64,000 bases of DNA from Octopus vulgaris (taxonomy: Eukaryota): assembly GCA_951406725.2 (NCBI GenBank), contig OX597815.1, positions 112,964,001 through 113,028,000 on the forward strand, read 5' to 3'. The notes below the pieces were generated by a model. The model saw nothing but the letters and a program-made list of their open reading frames with translations. It was not told the origin of the DNA and made no database searches. The position numbers and the translations under genes are program-made. Positions 42,501 through 54,914 of the stretch are shown one piece after another. Position 1 is the stretch's first letter. Each line of letters opens with the position of its first letter.

Positions 42501-42609
42501 GTAGCGATGAAAGAAAATACTTAGAATATACACCACCAAATGCAACGGTCAACATGACTGAAACAAACTAAGAAAGAAAGAAAGAAAGAAAGAAAAGTAG
42601 ATAGATAGT

Positions 42610-42690
<81 letters not shown>

Positions 42691-42717
42691 GGATAGATAC
42701 AAAAGTGCATATACACT

Positions 42718-42748
<31 letters not shown>

Positions 42749-42904
42749 CTGTGTCTGTGTCTGTGTCTGTGTGTGTGTGTGTGTGTGTGTGCTGTGTATA
42801 CGTTTATGCATCTGTGTTGCAAGATTCCTGATGTGAAATCGTGTGTTGAAACAGAAATTGTTGTATTTCAGGATGGTCATTTTTTATCTCTTTTGCCAAA
42901 TAAG

Positions 42905-43995
42905 CACACACACTATATATTTGTTCTTCACTTGTTTATTACTGTTCTTATTCTAACTTACGTCCATTGTCCGGAAATCTTTCATCACACATCTGTGACC
43001 TCCTCGGTGACACTTTCCGTCTTCGTGTGTGCTCTTGCTCTGCTTATTCCATTCTGTCCTGCTATGATGTTTATCCTTATATGCGCTTGCGTCTGTGTTT
43101 GTGTGCTTGTTGCCTCTATGTGTACATGCGTGTGTGTGTACATGTGTGTATATGTGTGTCATTGTTCTTAGTAGCACTATGATCCTCCCCTCATCCCCAT
43201 CCCATCCCCCATTGTCGCCGCTACTGCCCTGAAGTCCATTTGGTATAATTTCTGTATATTTCCGTGTTTGTGTGTTCGCCCACACTGCTGCCATCGTGGC
43301 AGTTGTTATTTTTGTCGTTGATACTATTGCGGCCGTCTGTGAAGTTACTGTGTATTTGTGTGTGTGTATATAGGTTCGCTTACTATGTTGCTTGTATCCG
43401 TACCATTTATACAGTTTTTTTTTATCTCTATTTCTTATATTTACCGTAGATATGTTCATATTTCTCTATTGTGTGTGTGTTACACTGTTTGTATCATATC
43501 AACTACATACAATGGAGAGACTGCACGCAGCGCAGGGGAGCGTATATGTGAACATTGGCGACAGCTCAAAGAGTAGAAAGGTTTGTCAGTGCTCTATCAA
43601 CATGCTCAAGCAGAATATAAAGGATTGCATAATACCATAGAGGTTAAGGTGTTATCTAAACATAGAACTGACATGACACTTAGGTCACAGAAGCTACACA
43701 CATAGCAATAGGCAGACCGAGACTTAACAGAAAACACAAATGGAACAACACCCACCACCACACCACACAACAGTAAAGAAGGTGGAAAGAGATACAAACA
43801 GTGTAATACACCCACAATAGACAAATATGCACATACCTACGATTAATGTAATAGAGAGAGAGAAAAAAAACTTTATAAAAGGCACGGGTACAAACAACAT
43901 AGGAAGCGAACCCATATACATACACAAACACACATACGGTAACTTCACAGACGGCTGCAATAGTATCAACAAGATTAACAACGACAACAGCCTCA
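42905..43995 (+). mobile_element. PLE remnant (Naiad/Chlamys-like GIY-YIG C-terminus) with inverted pLTR copy
   Basis: TYNGETARSAGERICEHW...SVLYQHAQ...TEATHIAIGRPRLNRKHKWN at ~43500-43750; ~43300-43495 is the reverse complement of ~43791-43989; degenerate HHR on minus strand at 42968-43012. Confidence 0.7.
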
Positions 43996-44139
43996 ATCCA
44001 TCCATCCATCCATCCATCCATCCATCCATACATACATACATACATACATACATACATACATACATACATACATACATACATACATGTACGTATGTGTGTG
44101 TATGTATGTATGTATGTATGTATGGATGGATGGATGGAT

Positions 44140-44620
<481 letters not shown>

Positions 44621-44860
44621 TATATATATATATTTCTTTTACTTGGCATACACATACACATACATGTGTGCGCGCCCGCTTGTGTGTGTCAGTGGGAATA
44701 GATGCGCTCAGTGAGCGACAATTTTAACGTTCATGCTGAGGCTTTTATTAGTAATTACATTAAAATTCCACCGTTGCGTGTTTGCAGTGGGTTCTATGCG
44801 ATTTGGGAAGGGCTATAACAAACACACACAGACACACGCTCACACACACATACACACCTA

Positions 44861-44892
<32 letters not shown>

Positions 44893-45055
44893 CCAATTAA
44901 GGACTGAACACGAAAAGTGGACAGTCAACATGCTAGATATAGACGTCAAATCGCCATTCTCCACAAAAGATTATGTTCTCAGATCAAACTCAACACAAAA
45001 CCATAGCAATAAACAAGTGAAAAATATACGAAATAAAATAAAATAAAATAATTAC

Positions 45056-45120
45056 CCATGTACTAACTTAGTTTCAGCTGTTATTTTCCGCAAGGAAAAC
45101 TGCAGCCATCATCAGCATGG
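45056..45120 (-). ncRNA. type-I hammerhead ribozyme (unit 1)
   Basis: Reverse complement of 46664-46728. Confidence 0.88.
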
Positions 45121-45562
45121 TCCGTTATAAATGTAATTTGCTGGACTAGATGCAAACACGATACCGAAATATCGCGTGCATGGAGTTCAGCCTATTACAT
45201 TTGAATATATCTTTCAAATGCCTTTACTTTGGCGCGTTGAAACCCGAGAAAACTAGCCTGCAGCTAATAGTTAGCAGCAGTTAATTTATCGGTTAGAGAA
45301 CATATTTATTTATATAAAATTAATTAAGGGTAGAAATTGATATTTATCAATTAAGACCAGTGGTCTAGCATATTAAAAAAGAATCCGAAGATTAAAATAT
45401 TTATATATACCAATTAAGGACTGAACACGAAAAGTGGACAGTCAACATGCTAGATATAGACGTCAAATCGCTATTCTCCACAAAAGATTATGTTCTCAGA
45501 TCAAACTCAACACAAAACCATAGCAATAAACAAGTGAAAAATATACGAAATAAAATAATTAC

Positions 45563-45627
45563 CCATGTACTAACTTAGTTTCAGCTGTTATTTTCCGCAA
45601 GGAAAACTGCAGCCATCATCAGCATGG
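45563..45627 (-). ncRNA. type-I hammerhead ribozyme (unit 2)
   Basis: Identical motif, 507 bp from the unit 1 HHR. Confidence 0.88.
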
Positions 45628-46069
45628 TCCGTTATAAATGTAATTTGCTGGACTAGATGCAAACACGATACCGAAATATCGCGTGCATGGAGTTCAGCCT
45701 ATTACATTTGAATATATCTTTCAAATGCCTTTACTTTGGCGCGTTGAAACCCGAGAAAACTAGCCTGCAGCTAATAGTTAGCAGCAGTTAATTTATCGGT
45801 TAGAGAACATATTTATTTATATAAAATTAATTAAGGGTAGAAATTGATATTTATCAATTAAGACCAGTGGTCTAGCATATTAAAAAAGAATCCGAAGATT
45901 AAAATATTTATATATACCAATTAAGGACTGAACACGAAAAGTGGACAGTCAACATGCTAGATATAGACGTCAAATCGCCATTCTCCACAAAAGATTATGT
46001 TCTCAGATCAAACTCAACACAAAACCATAGCAATAAACAAGTGAAAAATATACGAAATAAAATAATTAC

Positions 46070-46134
46070 CCATGTACTAACTTAGTTTCAGCTGTTATTT
46101 TCCGCAAGGAAAACTGCAGCCATCATCAGCATGG
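46070..46134 (-). ncRNA. type-I hammerhead ribozyme (unit 3)
   Basis: Identical motif, 507 bp from the unit 2 HHR. Confidence 0.88.
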
Positions 46135-46663
46135 TCCGTTATAAATGTAATTTGCTGGACTAGATGCAAACACGATACCGAAATATCGCGTGCATGGAGT
46201 TCAGCCTATTACATTTGAATATATCTTTCAAATGCCTTTACTTTGGCGCGTTGAAACCCGAGAAAACTAGCCTGCAGCTAATAGTTAGCAGCAGTTAATT
46301 TATCGGTTAGAGAACATATTTATTTATATAAAATTAATTAAGGGTAGAAATTGATATTTATCAATTAAGACCAGTGGTCTAGCATATTTTAATCTTCGGA
46401 TTCTTTTTTAATATGCTAGACCACTGGTCTTAATTGATAAATATCAATTTCTACCCTTAATTAATTTTATATAAATAAATATGTTCTCTAACCGATAAAT
46501 TAACTGCTGCTAACTATTAGCTGCAGGCTAGTTTTCTCGGGTTTCAACGCGCCAAAGTAAAGGCATTTGAAAGATATATTCAAATGTAATAGGCTGAACT
46601 CCATGCACGCGATATTTCGGTATCGTGTTTGCATCTAGTCCAGCAAATTACATTTATAACGGA

Positions 46664-46728
46664 CCATGCTGATGATGGCTGCAGTTTTCCTTGCGGAAAA
46701 TAACAGCTGAAACTAAGTTAGTACATGG
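46664..46728 (+). ncRNA. type-I hammerhead ribozyme (inverted unit)
   Basis: CCATG-CTGATGA-T-GGCTG CAG TTTTCC TTGC GGAAAA TAA CAGCT-GAAA-CTAA G TTAG-TA-CATGG; predicted cleavage after GUA at 46723. Confidence 0.88.
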
Positions 46729-46966
46729 GTAATTATTTTATTTCGTATATTTTTCACTTGTTTATTGCTATGGTTTTGTGTTGAGTTTGATCTGAGAACA
46801 TAATCTTTTGTGGAGAATGGCGATTTGACGTCTATATCTAGCATGTTGACTGTCCACTTTTCGTGTTCAGTCCTTAATTGGTATATATAAATATTTTAAT
46901 CTTCGGATTCTTTTTTAATATGCTAGACCACTGGTCTTAATTGATAAATATCAATTTCTACCCTTA

Positions 46967-47052
<86 letters not shown>

Positions 47053-47543
47053 AATATATACATGCATATATATACATATATAATATATATACGTATATGA
47101 TTAAATATACATATATATATATTATATATATGTGTGTGTGGATGTATATATTTACATGCATATCTATGTGTATATATGTATGTATATATGTACCTATGTA
47201 TGTATGTAACTTCGGATTTTTGTATTTTAGTGTTGTTTTTACGAATTTTCACCTTCTAACAGTAAATGCGTCATGGTGAAATTTATGGATTGAGCTTAAT
47301 GAAATGCTGAATGGACTAATTAGAAAATTACATAGCTGGATCAAATCAAATATTGCCGATAATCAATATTCAATAGCATAATTCGTTTAACTACTTTGAT
47401 CATTCCTTCGTCCTTATTTCATAACGTTTAAGCTTAATAATTCGATAAACTTTCTTTGAATGTAGTGTAAGCGAAAAAGTATTGCGTAATAAAGTATGCT
47501 TGTGTTATATGTACATACATATATACACACACACACACACACA

Positions 47544-47580
<37 letters not shown>

Positions 47581-47901
47581 ACACACACATGTATATATAG
47601 CACCGAATTACCACAATCGGTAAAGCATTGGATGGAATACCTTACTTTATTTGTTCCACCTCACTGCGTTATGTGTTCAGATACCGCTTAGGTACACTTT
47701 GCGCGTCAGCATGTCGAGTCGGTATCGATTCAAGGCAGTCTTAGAGTGGTACATTGGGAGGAAATATCTTGCATTGCAAATTTCGGCTTTACATATTCTG
47801 AGTTTCCAATTTTTCCCCTCTTGTCATCATCGAAAATCAGTGATATATTTTAGTTGAACACACATACACACGCATATGCCGTGTTTGTATATATACAAGT
47901 A

Positions 47902-47957
<56 letters not shown>

Positions 47958-48033
47958 CAAGGAAAAATTGTAAAAATGCAGAATTCTCGATTGAAAGAAA
48001 ATTTGAAAATGAAAAAATATATAAATATATATT

Positions 48034-48075
48034 TATTCAAACCGGTTTTCGTCATAGTTTGACTTATCAAGAATA
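48034..48075 (-). ncRNA. minimal hammerhead, U3-A8 variant (inverted arm)
   Basis: Reverse complement of 49089-49130. Confidence 0.7.
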
Positions 48076-49088
48076 GTTAGGTGAAAAGGGTTTTTTTTTT
48101 AAATGAGAAAGGGGAACAAAAGTTGCATTGTTTTTTGCAAAAGGATAATAATAAATATGTATAAAAATTAAAAAATAAGTACTCCGATACATTGTGAGTT
48201 CGTTGTGTATCTTGAGTTTAATGATTGTTCACGAAAAAATTACCTTGAGGTATTAGGATCCAATGGGATTAAGGCCATGTGTTGTTTGGTTTAATTTAGG
48301 ATGTTGGCAAAACAGGAAGTAGTAGTAATTGTGGTTCTTCAGTTCCTGTGTTGTGAATAAGGGGAGACAACTCTTTTGAGTTCTTCAATAAAGGCTGCTG
48401 ATTAACCCCAAATTATAAAATTGTCATTTTAGCTTCATTTGCATTATCTTTTTTTATATAATTGTTTGTTAATTTAACTTTCAGATTTTAACACTTTATT
48501 TATATTATTTTCTAATTATATAAATTTGCATAGACAATTGCATTTCAGATTGTTATATCATAAATAATAAAGATGATGGTAATAACAACAATAGTAAAAA
48601 TGATATTTAAAGAATATAAGTTTTTGCTTGAAGTGATGAATCTATGGTATCCTTATATATTTGTGTGAGTCCATCCATGAAGAATGAGGTAGAAAAGGGA
48701 AGTTTGATCAACGAGGAGTAATGCAAATGAAGCTAAAATGACAATTTTATAATTTGGGGTTAATCAGCAGCCTTTATTGAAGAACTCAAAAGAGTTGTCT
48801 CCCCTTATTCACAACACAGGAACTGAAGAACCACAATTACTACTACTTCCTGTTTTGCCAACATCCTGAATTAAACCAAACAACACATGGCCTTAATCCC
48901 ATTGGACCCTAATACCTCAAGGTAATTTTTTCGTGAACAATCATTAAACTCAAGATACACAACGAACTCACAATGTATCGGAGTACTTATTTTTTAATTT
49001 TTATACATATTTATTATTATTCTTTTGCAAAAAACAATCCAACTTTTTTTCCCCCTTTCTCATTTTTAAAAAAACCTTTTCACCTAAC

Positions 49089-49130
49089 TATTCTTGATAA
49101 GTCAAACTATGACGAAAACCGGTTTGAATA
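49089..49130 (+). ncRNA. minimal hammerhead, U3-A8 variant
   Basis: TATTC-TTGATAA-GTCA AACTA TGAC-GAAA-ACCGGT-TT-GAATA, overlapping AATAAA. Confidence 0.7.
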
Positions 49131-49424
49131 AATATATATTTATATATTTTTTCATTTTCTCATTTCATTAAAATTTTCTTTCAATCGAGCATTCTGCATT
49201 TTTACAATTTTTCCTTGCTTATCATTTCTCCACGTGCGGTCAACACAACCCCACCATTTATTGATCTATATATATATATATATATCCTGACCCTGAGCGA
49301 ATAAATCTTTAGCCTGTTACTAAAGATTTCTGTAGGGAGGAAACATTTTAATGGGTCTATAGACTTATTTTTCTAAGCCTCATCTAACAATGATACTGAG
49401 AAATACATAGGTGTGTGTGTGTAC

Positions 49425-49547
<123 letters not shown>

Positions 49548-50253
49548 CATATATATATACACACACACATATATATACATACATACATGCACGCATACAT
49601 ACATAAAGATACATATTATTTATATTATATATATGCATAGATATACATACATATAATGAAGCTAATGGAGATAATGGGCATCTGCGAAAATTAAGGGAAA
49701 GGACAAAGAAACAGAAGTGGATTAAACGCATTCCATAACCCAATTTTGTATCCAGAGACATTACGAATTCGGTGCCTGGCAAAAATTGATGATAGACGTC
49801 GGGAAGACACTCGGGTTCAAAAAATACACCGCGAAACCAAGTCTTACGACTGAAAACACACACGATCGGTACTGAAAATTCGAAGAAACATTCACAGAGT
49901 ATAAATAACGGTGTCTTGTGACTTGGGACAAAGCGAGGCAGCAGTAAACTAGTTTAGAGCGAGATCGAAAAAAACTTTCGTCTTAACACAACGTCGACAG
50001 AAAGACAGAAATAATGAACGCGTGAGATCATTACAAAACTCACAAGACATAGGGCGATGGAGTAAGGGAAAGATAATGTGAGTCACATTGAGAGAAAACA
50101 AATCAGCTAGAATGAAAAATATGGATGTGTAAGACAGAAAAGAAAATCAGAATAATACTGAAGGACGTGTGCAACAATTGACGGAAAGAGTTTAATAAAC
50201 AAACATGGATAAACAATTTCATCATACGACTTTTTTAGCCAGAGTAAATACAA

Positions 50254-50298
<45 letters not shown>

Positions 50299-50418
50299 CG
50301 TCCAGTAGGGTGAAGACATGCGGCCTACCAATTAGGGTCTTTCACTCACAATCTCAAGGTTGTGGTTTTAATTCCCGGACTGTATAACGTGTGTGTGTGT
50401 GCTTGTGTGTGTGTGTGC

Positions 50419-50486
<68 letters not shown>

Positions 50487-51519
50487 GTGTGGTTGACTGA
50501 TGAGAAGCACGTCGGTGACTTCATATATCTCTGCATCGTTGTACTTCCCGTGGAACTTTCGAACGTTTCTTCATGTTTTTAGCTAGCATTTGTTAAACAA
50601 GAGCGAATGTTCAGAATGTTTTGTAGTTTCGATCTCTTTCTCTTCTAACAACATGATTGAATGTGAACTGCATGGCTTTATGGAAGAGGCCAGAGCAAAT
50701 GAATAGGGGAAAATCTGCGATGTAAACTGTATAAATTTACATTAGTTTTACTCTCGATTTGTTTGAAACAACTCATTACATCAAAGTTGTTTTCCTGTAT
50801 AAGTTTTGAGTAGGACAATATTCATAACGATGTGTCTACTATTTGTTAAACATCCTTATTCACTTTCTGAAAAGTAAATTAGCTTATTTTTCAGCGTGTA
50901 TTATTGAAGTATCCCTTGTGATCTTTGAGAGTAATGTATGCGATTCAATTGATCCTGTCGTGAATACTGAACTTGGTTTTTCTGATGTATTCTCGTGATT
51001 GTATATTATGATTTTTATAGGTTTGATGTATAAATTCTGTTTCGGACGATCTTCATCGATCAGCGTATATTTCTTTACTTCATCTTTCGCAAATGTCGTT
51101 GACTCCCAGGTGTTAAGGAACGAAAACAATGATAATCAATCATTGGCCAGTGCTAGTAGGTATGCGTACATATGTATATATACATGTGTGTGTGTGCGTG
51201 CATGTGTGTGTGTATGTGTGTGTGTGGCATTCCTATGCGTCGTGAAATCATTGCTCTTCATGCGTAAAGGTACACTTCAGTCTTTCTTGACAAGGCCCTG
51301 TAAGATGACACCAGAATGTTTCCTCCAGGATACAGGCCTGCGCAAGATTGTGTGGAAGACATGTACTCTACCCTTTTTTATGTTACTGATATTGTCTAAA
51401 GGAAGGAATGATATATAGCTTTGCACTTGCGCCGCCCCAGATGGTGTTAGAGCTAAGCTGAAGACAACGTAAGAATAACCGGGAGACCAGCTCTTGATTT
51501 TAGTCGCGTAAATCATCTT

Positions 51520-51660
51520 GATTAAGATGGTACATTTTATCGACCCCGGAACGCTGAAAAGCAATGTTGACTCTGATAGGTTTTGAACGCAGATCATAAA
51601 CAACTGGAACAAATACAGAAAAGCATTTTGTATAACACTCTAAAGATTCTGTCATCGCTC
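51520..51660 (-). mobile_element. decayed SINE family A fragment
   Basis: GGTAC.TTTTATCGACCCCGGAA...TTTGAAC.CAGA. Confidence 0.6.
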
Positions 51661-52287
51661 TAATACAGAGATTTGAAAACCTCGGATAAATTTCGCCTAC
51701 ACAGGTCGGGTAAATTTGCTGATTCCGAATATGTACATATTTTTTCTATTTATTTTGACGTTATGAAATCTTAAACTGAGAAGAAAATTTAAACAGGCCC
51801 ATTTTGTGAAAGAATACTAATTTTTTTCATTCCACCACTTTCTATATAATGAACTGTATTGTATAATTCTAAATTACAGTGTTGCTAATGGAGTAGTCTG
51901 ATTCAGAAGGATATGTTTGGTTCTGGTATCTGTTCATCATTCATGTGTACACAAGAATACTTTAATGATGAATAGTTCTAACGTTCTCGTGGCTTTTAGG
52001 CATGTGTATGTATATGTGTATGCGTAATTGTATGTGCTTGGACACATGGGAGCGTCGTTATGCGTATGGATGCATGCGAGGATTGTATGTGTGGTTATAC
52101 ATACGGCTGTGTATGTAGGCTTCAATATAAATGTACGTATCATCAATTTATAACACGCTTTTTATATCCCACGCAATATTCCAACGGCGTACTTTTTAAC
52201 CATATTTCTTAAATACATAAGCGTTGGATTTTTAGTTTCTTTTCTTTTTCTGCTTGTCAATTTCACCATCACCGGTATCATTATTGA

Positions 52288-52344
<57 letters not shown>

Positions 52345-53278
52345 GAAGTGATGTGGGTGGAATATGCAAATCTCATTTTATATATCCACCTTAAATAGCT
52401 TTATAGTTATTCTCCTGAAAGAAAAAGAAAAATAGAAGGAGGAGGAGGAGGAGGAGGAGAAGAAGAATATTTGATGTTAAGTGTAGTCCATCAAAGAAGA
52501 TGTATTTCAGCTCGTCTTCTCTTCTCATCGACCAACTTAAAAGTGAAAACGTTGACAAAATGGCCGCTAACTTTTCTTTCTTTCATTAAAATATTTTTTC
52601 TTGTGCATCAATGAAACGTGTTCAAAACAACAAAATACGTGAAATTTTCGAAATTGTGCTACTTATATGAAGTTATTAACATTAATGAGTAATTTTCAGT
52701 TGAGTGATACTGTCAAGAATTTTGAAGATGCTATCAATATTTCTGATATGTGGGTGGTACTTTTAAAATGTGACAGAAAAATATAAATATTATGCTCCAT
52801 GCCAATTCATTACCAAAGGATTTGGTTCTTGCATTTTCTATTGTCGTAATAGTCACTCTTGTTATTTTTTCCTTTGTTTATTCCTATTCGCATGCAGTAA
52901 TGAAGAGAAAACGTGATTGATAACTTAAAGTACTTTAACATATTTTGTGTCACTTCTTTATTCTTTATAAAAAAAATCTTATACACAAATTTCCTATAAA
53001 CCTCAAAATTACGATGCATTGTCTTGAGTGAAAAAATACAACGTTCCAGGATTTGCAGTTATGTATAGAGCAAGTTACTTTTTTTACTTGAGCAAAAACT
53101 TGTGTTTTTCTTCTATAGGCAAGATATATTCAACAATTACAAGAAAAGAATTGAAGTGTCCAGACGAACCAGGATTAGTCTGTCGACACATGCATCGGTG
53201 AGACAAGATAATTATTGTTTTCGGAAAAAATCTATAGCACTTATGAAACATAAATTCTATAAGAAATCAACTCAAATT

Positions 53279-53416
<138 letters not shown>

Positions 53417-53593
53417 TGTTCACTTCTCTTTAGATAAACTGCATACATACTAGACTCTCAGCCAGATAAATCAGGTAGTAGTATCGAATATCTAACGCGA
53501 ATTAACCACAGCTCGAGTCTCACCATTAACAATAGATTCATTCTTTCCCACTCTTCTATATTTATGTGTGCATGTATACACACATATATACAA

Positions 53594-53626
<33 letters not shown>

Positions 53627-53771
53627 ATACAAAATGGGACAACAAGACATCTAGATAGACGATACAATAAAACAAGGACGGGTCATTCGAAGCCTTTTAT
53701 CTTCAGTCAAGAACCGGATCATGCTCCCAATTTTGGCTGATTAATCTTCAGATTGCTCCATATATATATAT

Positions 53772-54078
53772 CACCGTCACCGTGATGGACCAGATTATCA
53801 GATGTTGCTACACATCGCTGGTCACAATGCGCCTCGCATTGTTTTAGCCTTCAAATGACACCACCCCGCTGGCTAAGCGAGCAGGCCAACAGAAGAAAGA
53901 GTTAGAGAAAGTTGTGGCGAAAGAGTACAACAGGGATCGCCACCCCCACCCCCTGCCGGAGCATTGTGGAGCTTTAGGTGTTTTCGCTCACTAAACACTC
54001 ACAACGCCCGATCTGGGAGTTGAAACCGCGATCCTACGACCGCGAGTCCGCTGCCCTAACCACTGGGCCATTGCGCCT

Positions 54079-54080
<2 letters not shown>
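53772..54080 (-). mobile_element. tRNA(Arg-like)-derived SINE (family C)
   Basis: Minus-strand head GGAGGCGCAATGGCCCAGTGGTTAGGGCAGCGGACTCGCGGTCGTAGGATCGCGGTTTCAACTCCC with A and B boxes; inserted in (TA)n. Confidence 0.8.
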
Positions 54081-54122
<42 letters not shown>

Positions 54123-54129
54123 CATAAAT

Positions 54130-54390
54130 ATAGGTTGGGTGGTTCACACGGAATTCAAGAGCTTTGAAACATTTATGCTTTAAAGGACCATCTTCCCCTC
54201 TCCACGCCACCGATGCGGCTTGACAGCAGTGACGCCGCAACCCATTTATACAGGTGAGTGAACTTGAGCAACGTGAAATAAAGTATCTTGCTGAAGAACA
54301 CAATACACAACCCGGTCCGGGGATCGAACTTACTTCCACATAATTGTGTGCCCGGCGACTTAACTACTGAGAAATGCGCCTTCACATGGC
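54130..54390 (-). mobile_element. decayed tRNA-derived SINE
   Basis: Minus-strand GAAGGCGCATTTCTCAGTAGTTA...AAGTTCGATCCCCGGACCGGG. Confidence 0.6.
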
Positions 54391-54614
54391 GTAGAAGTAG
54401 ATATTTTCAAGAAACAACGTGAACTTCTGATATCCAAGATCCCAGATGAACTTACATCACGGCAAGAAACTCAAAAGAGGGCAGCAATATCGAACTCCCT
54501 CCTTCACCAAAAGCCAGACACATAGGAATGGCCATTCAAAAGGTAGTAACGTTGCCGTTGTCCCAGCATGACCACAGCTTATGGGTTGAAATGTTTAAAA
54601 GAATAATAGGATAT

Positions 54615-54890
54615 ACTTTATTTTTTATTTGTTTCAGTCATTAGACTGGAGCCTTATTGGGGGACTATCTTAAGGGATTTTAGTTGAATGAATCGATCCC
54701 AGTACGTATATTTTTTTTAAGCATGGTACTCATTCCATCGGTTTACTTTGCTGAACCGCTATGTTACGGAGGCGTAAACACGCAATCACCGGTTGTCGAG
54801 CGGTGGTTGGAACAAGCACAAATGCAAAGACACACAGAGACATATATGTATAAATACATGTACGACAGGCTTCATTCACGGATACTTGTC
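54615..54890 (-). mobile_element. SINE family B 3' half
   Basis: TTGTTTCAGTCATTAGACTG...GGTACT.ATTC.ATCGG. Confidence 0.7.
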
Positions 54891-54914
54891 CTCCTCTTGT
54901 TATAATTGTTATCA

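Larger units (their letters stand above)
44885..46980. mobile_element. tandem and fold-back array of a 507-bp ORF-less hammerhead-bearing unit (retrozyme/PLE pLTR-like), flanked by (TA)n
   Basis: Units start (CCAATTAAGG) at 44893, 45410 and 45917; inverted unit 46384-~46890 plus partial inverted unit to ~46980; copies almost identical. Confidence 0.92.
47953..49266 (+). mobile_element. PLE-type remnant: pLTR plus inverted pLTR (~500-bp arms 47953-48446 and 48720-49222), between (TA)n tracts
   Basis: Arms nearly identical in reverse complement; THGLN ORF-end-like remnant near 48884; 44-bp tail only on the right arm. Confidence 0.8.

Noticed and set aside
44885-46980. CRISPR-like or satellite interpretation of the tandem array
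   Set aside because: Units are 507 bp and identical with no variable spacers; the context is eukaryotic; the HHR explains the periodicity better.
52480-53270. Non-microsatellite segment with a YY1-like CAAAATGGCCGC motif, possibly a promoter or DNA transposon end
   Set aside because: A single motif with no TIRs or coding similarity recognised.
53625-53760. Short (TA)n-flanked segment with two minus-strand CTGAAGA motifs
   Set aside because: I could not assemble stems and GAAA into a convincing hammerhead.
54010-54080. tRNA-Arg-like sequence as a genuine tRNA gene
   Set aside because: The acceptor stem is broken and it runs into a ~240-bp SINE body.
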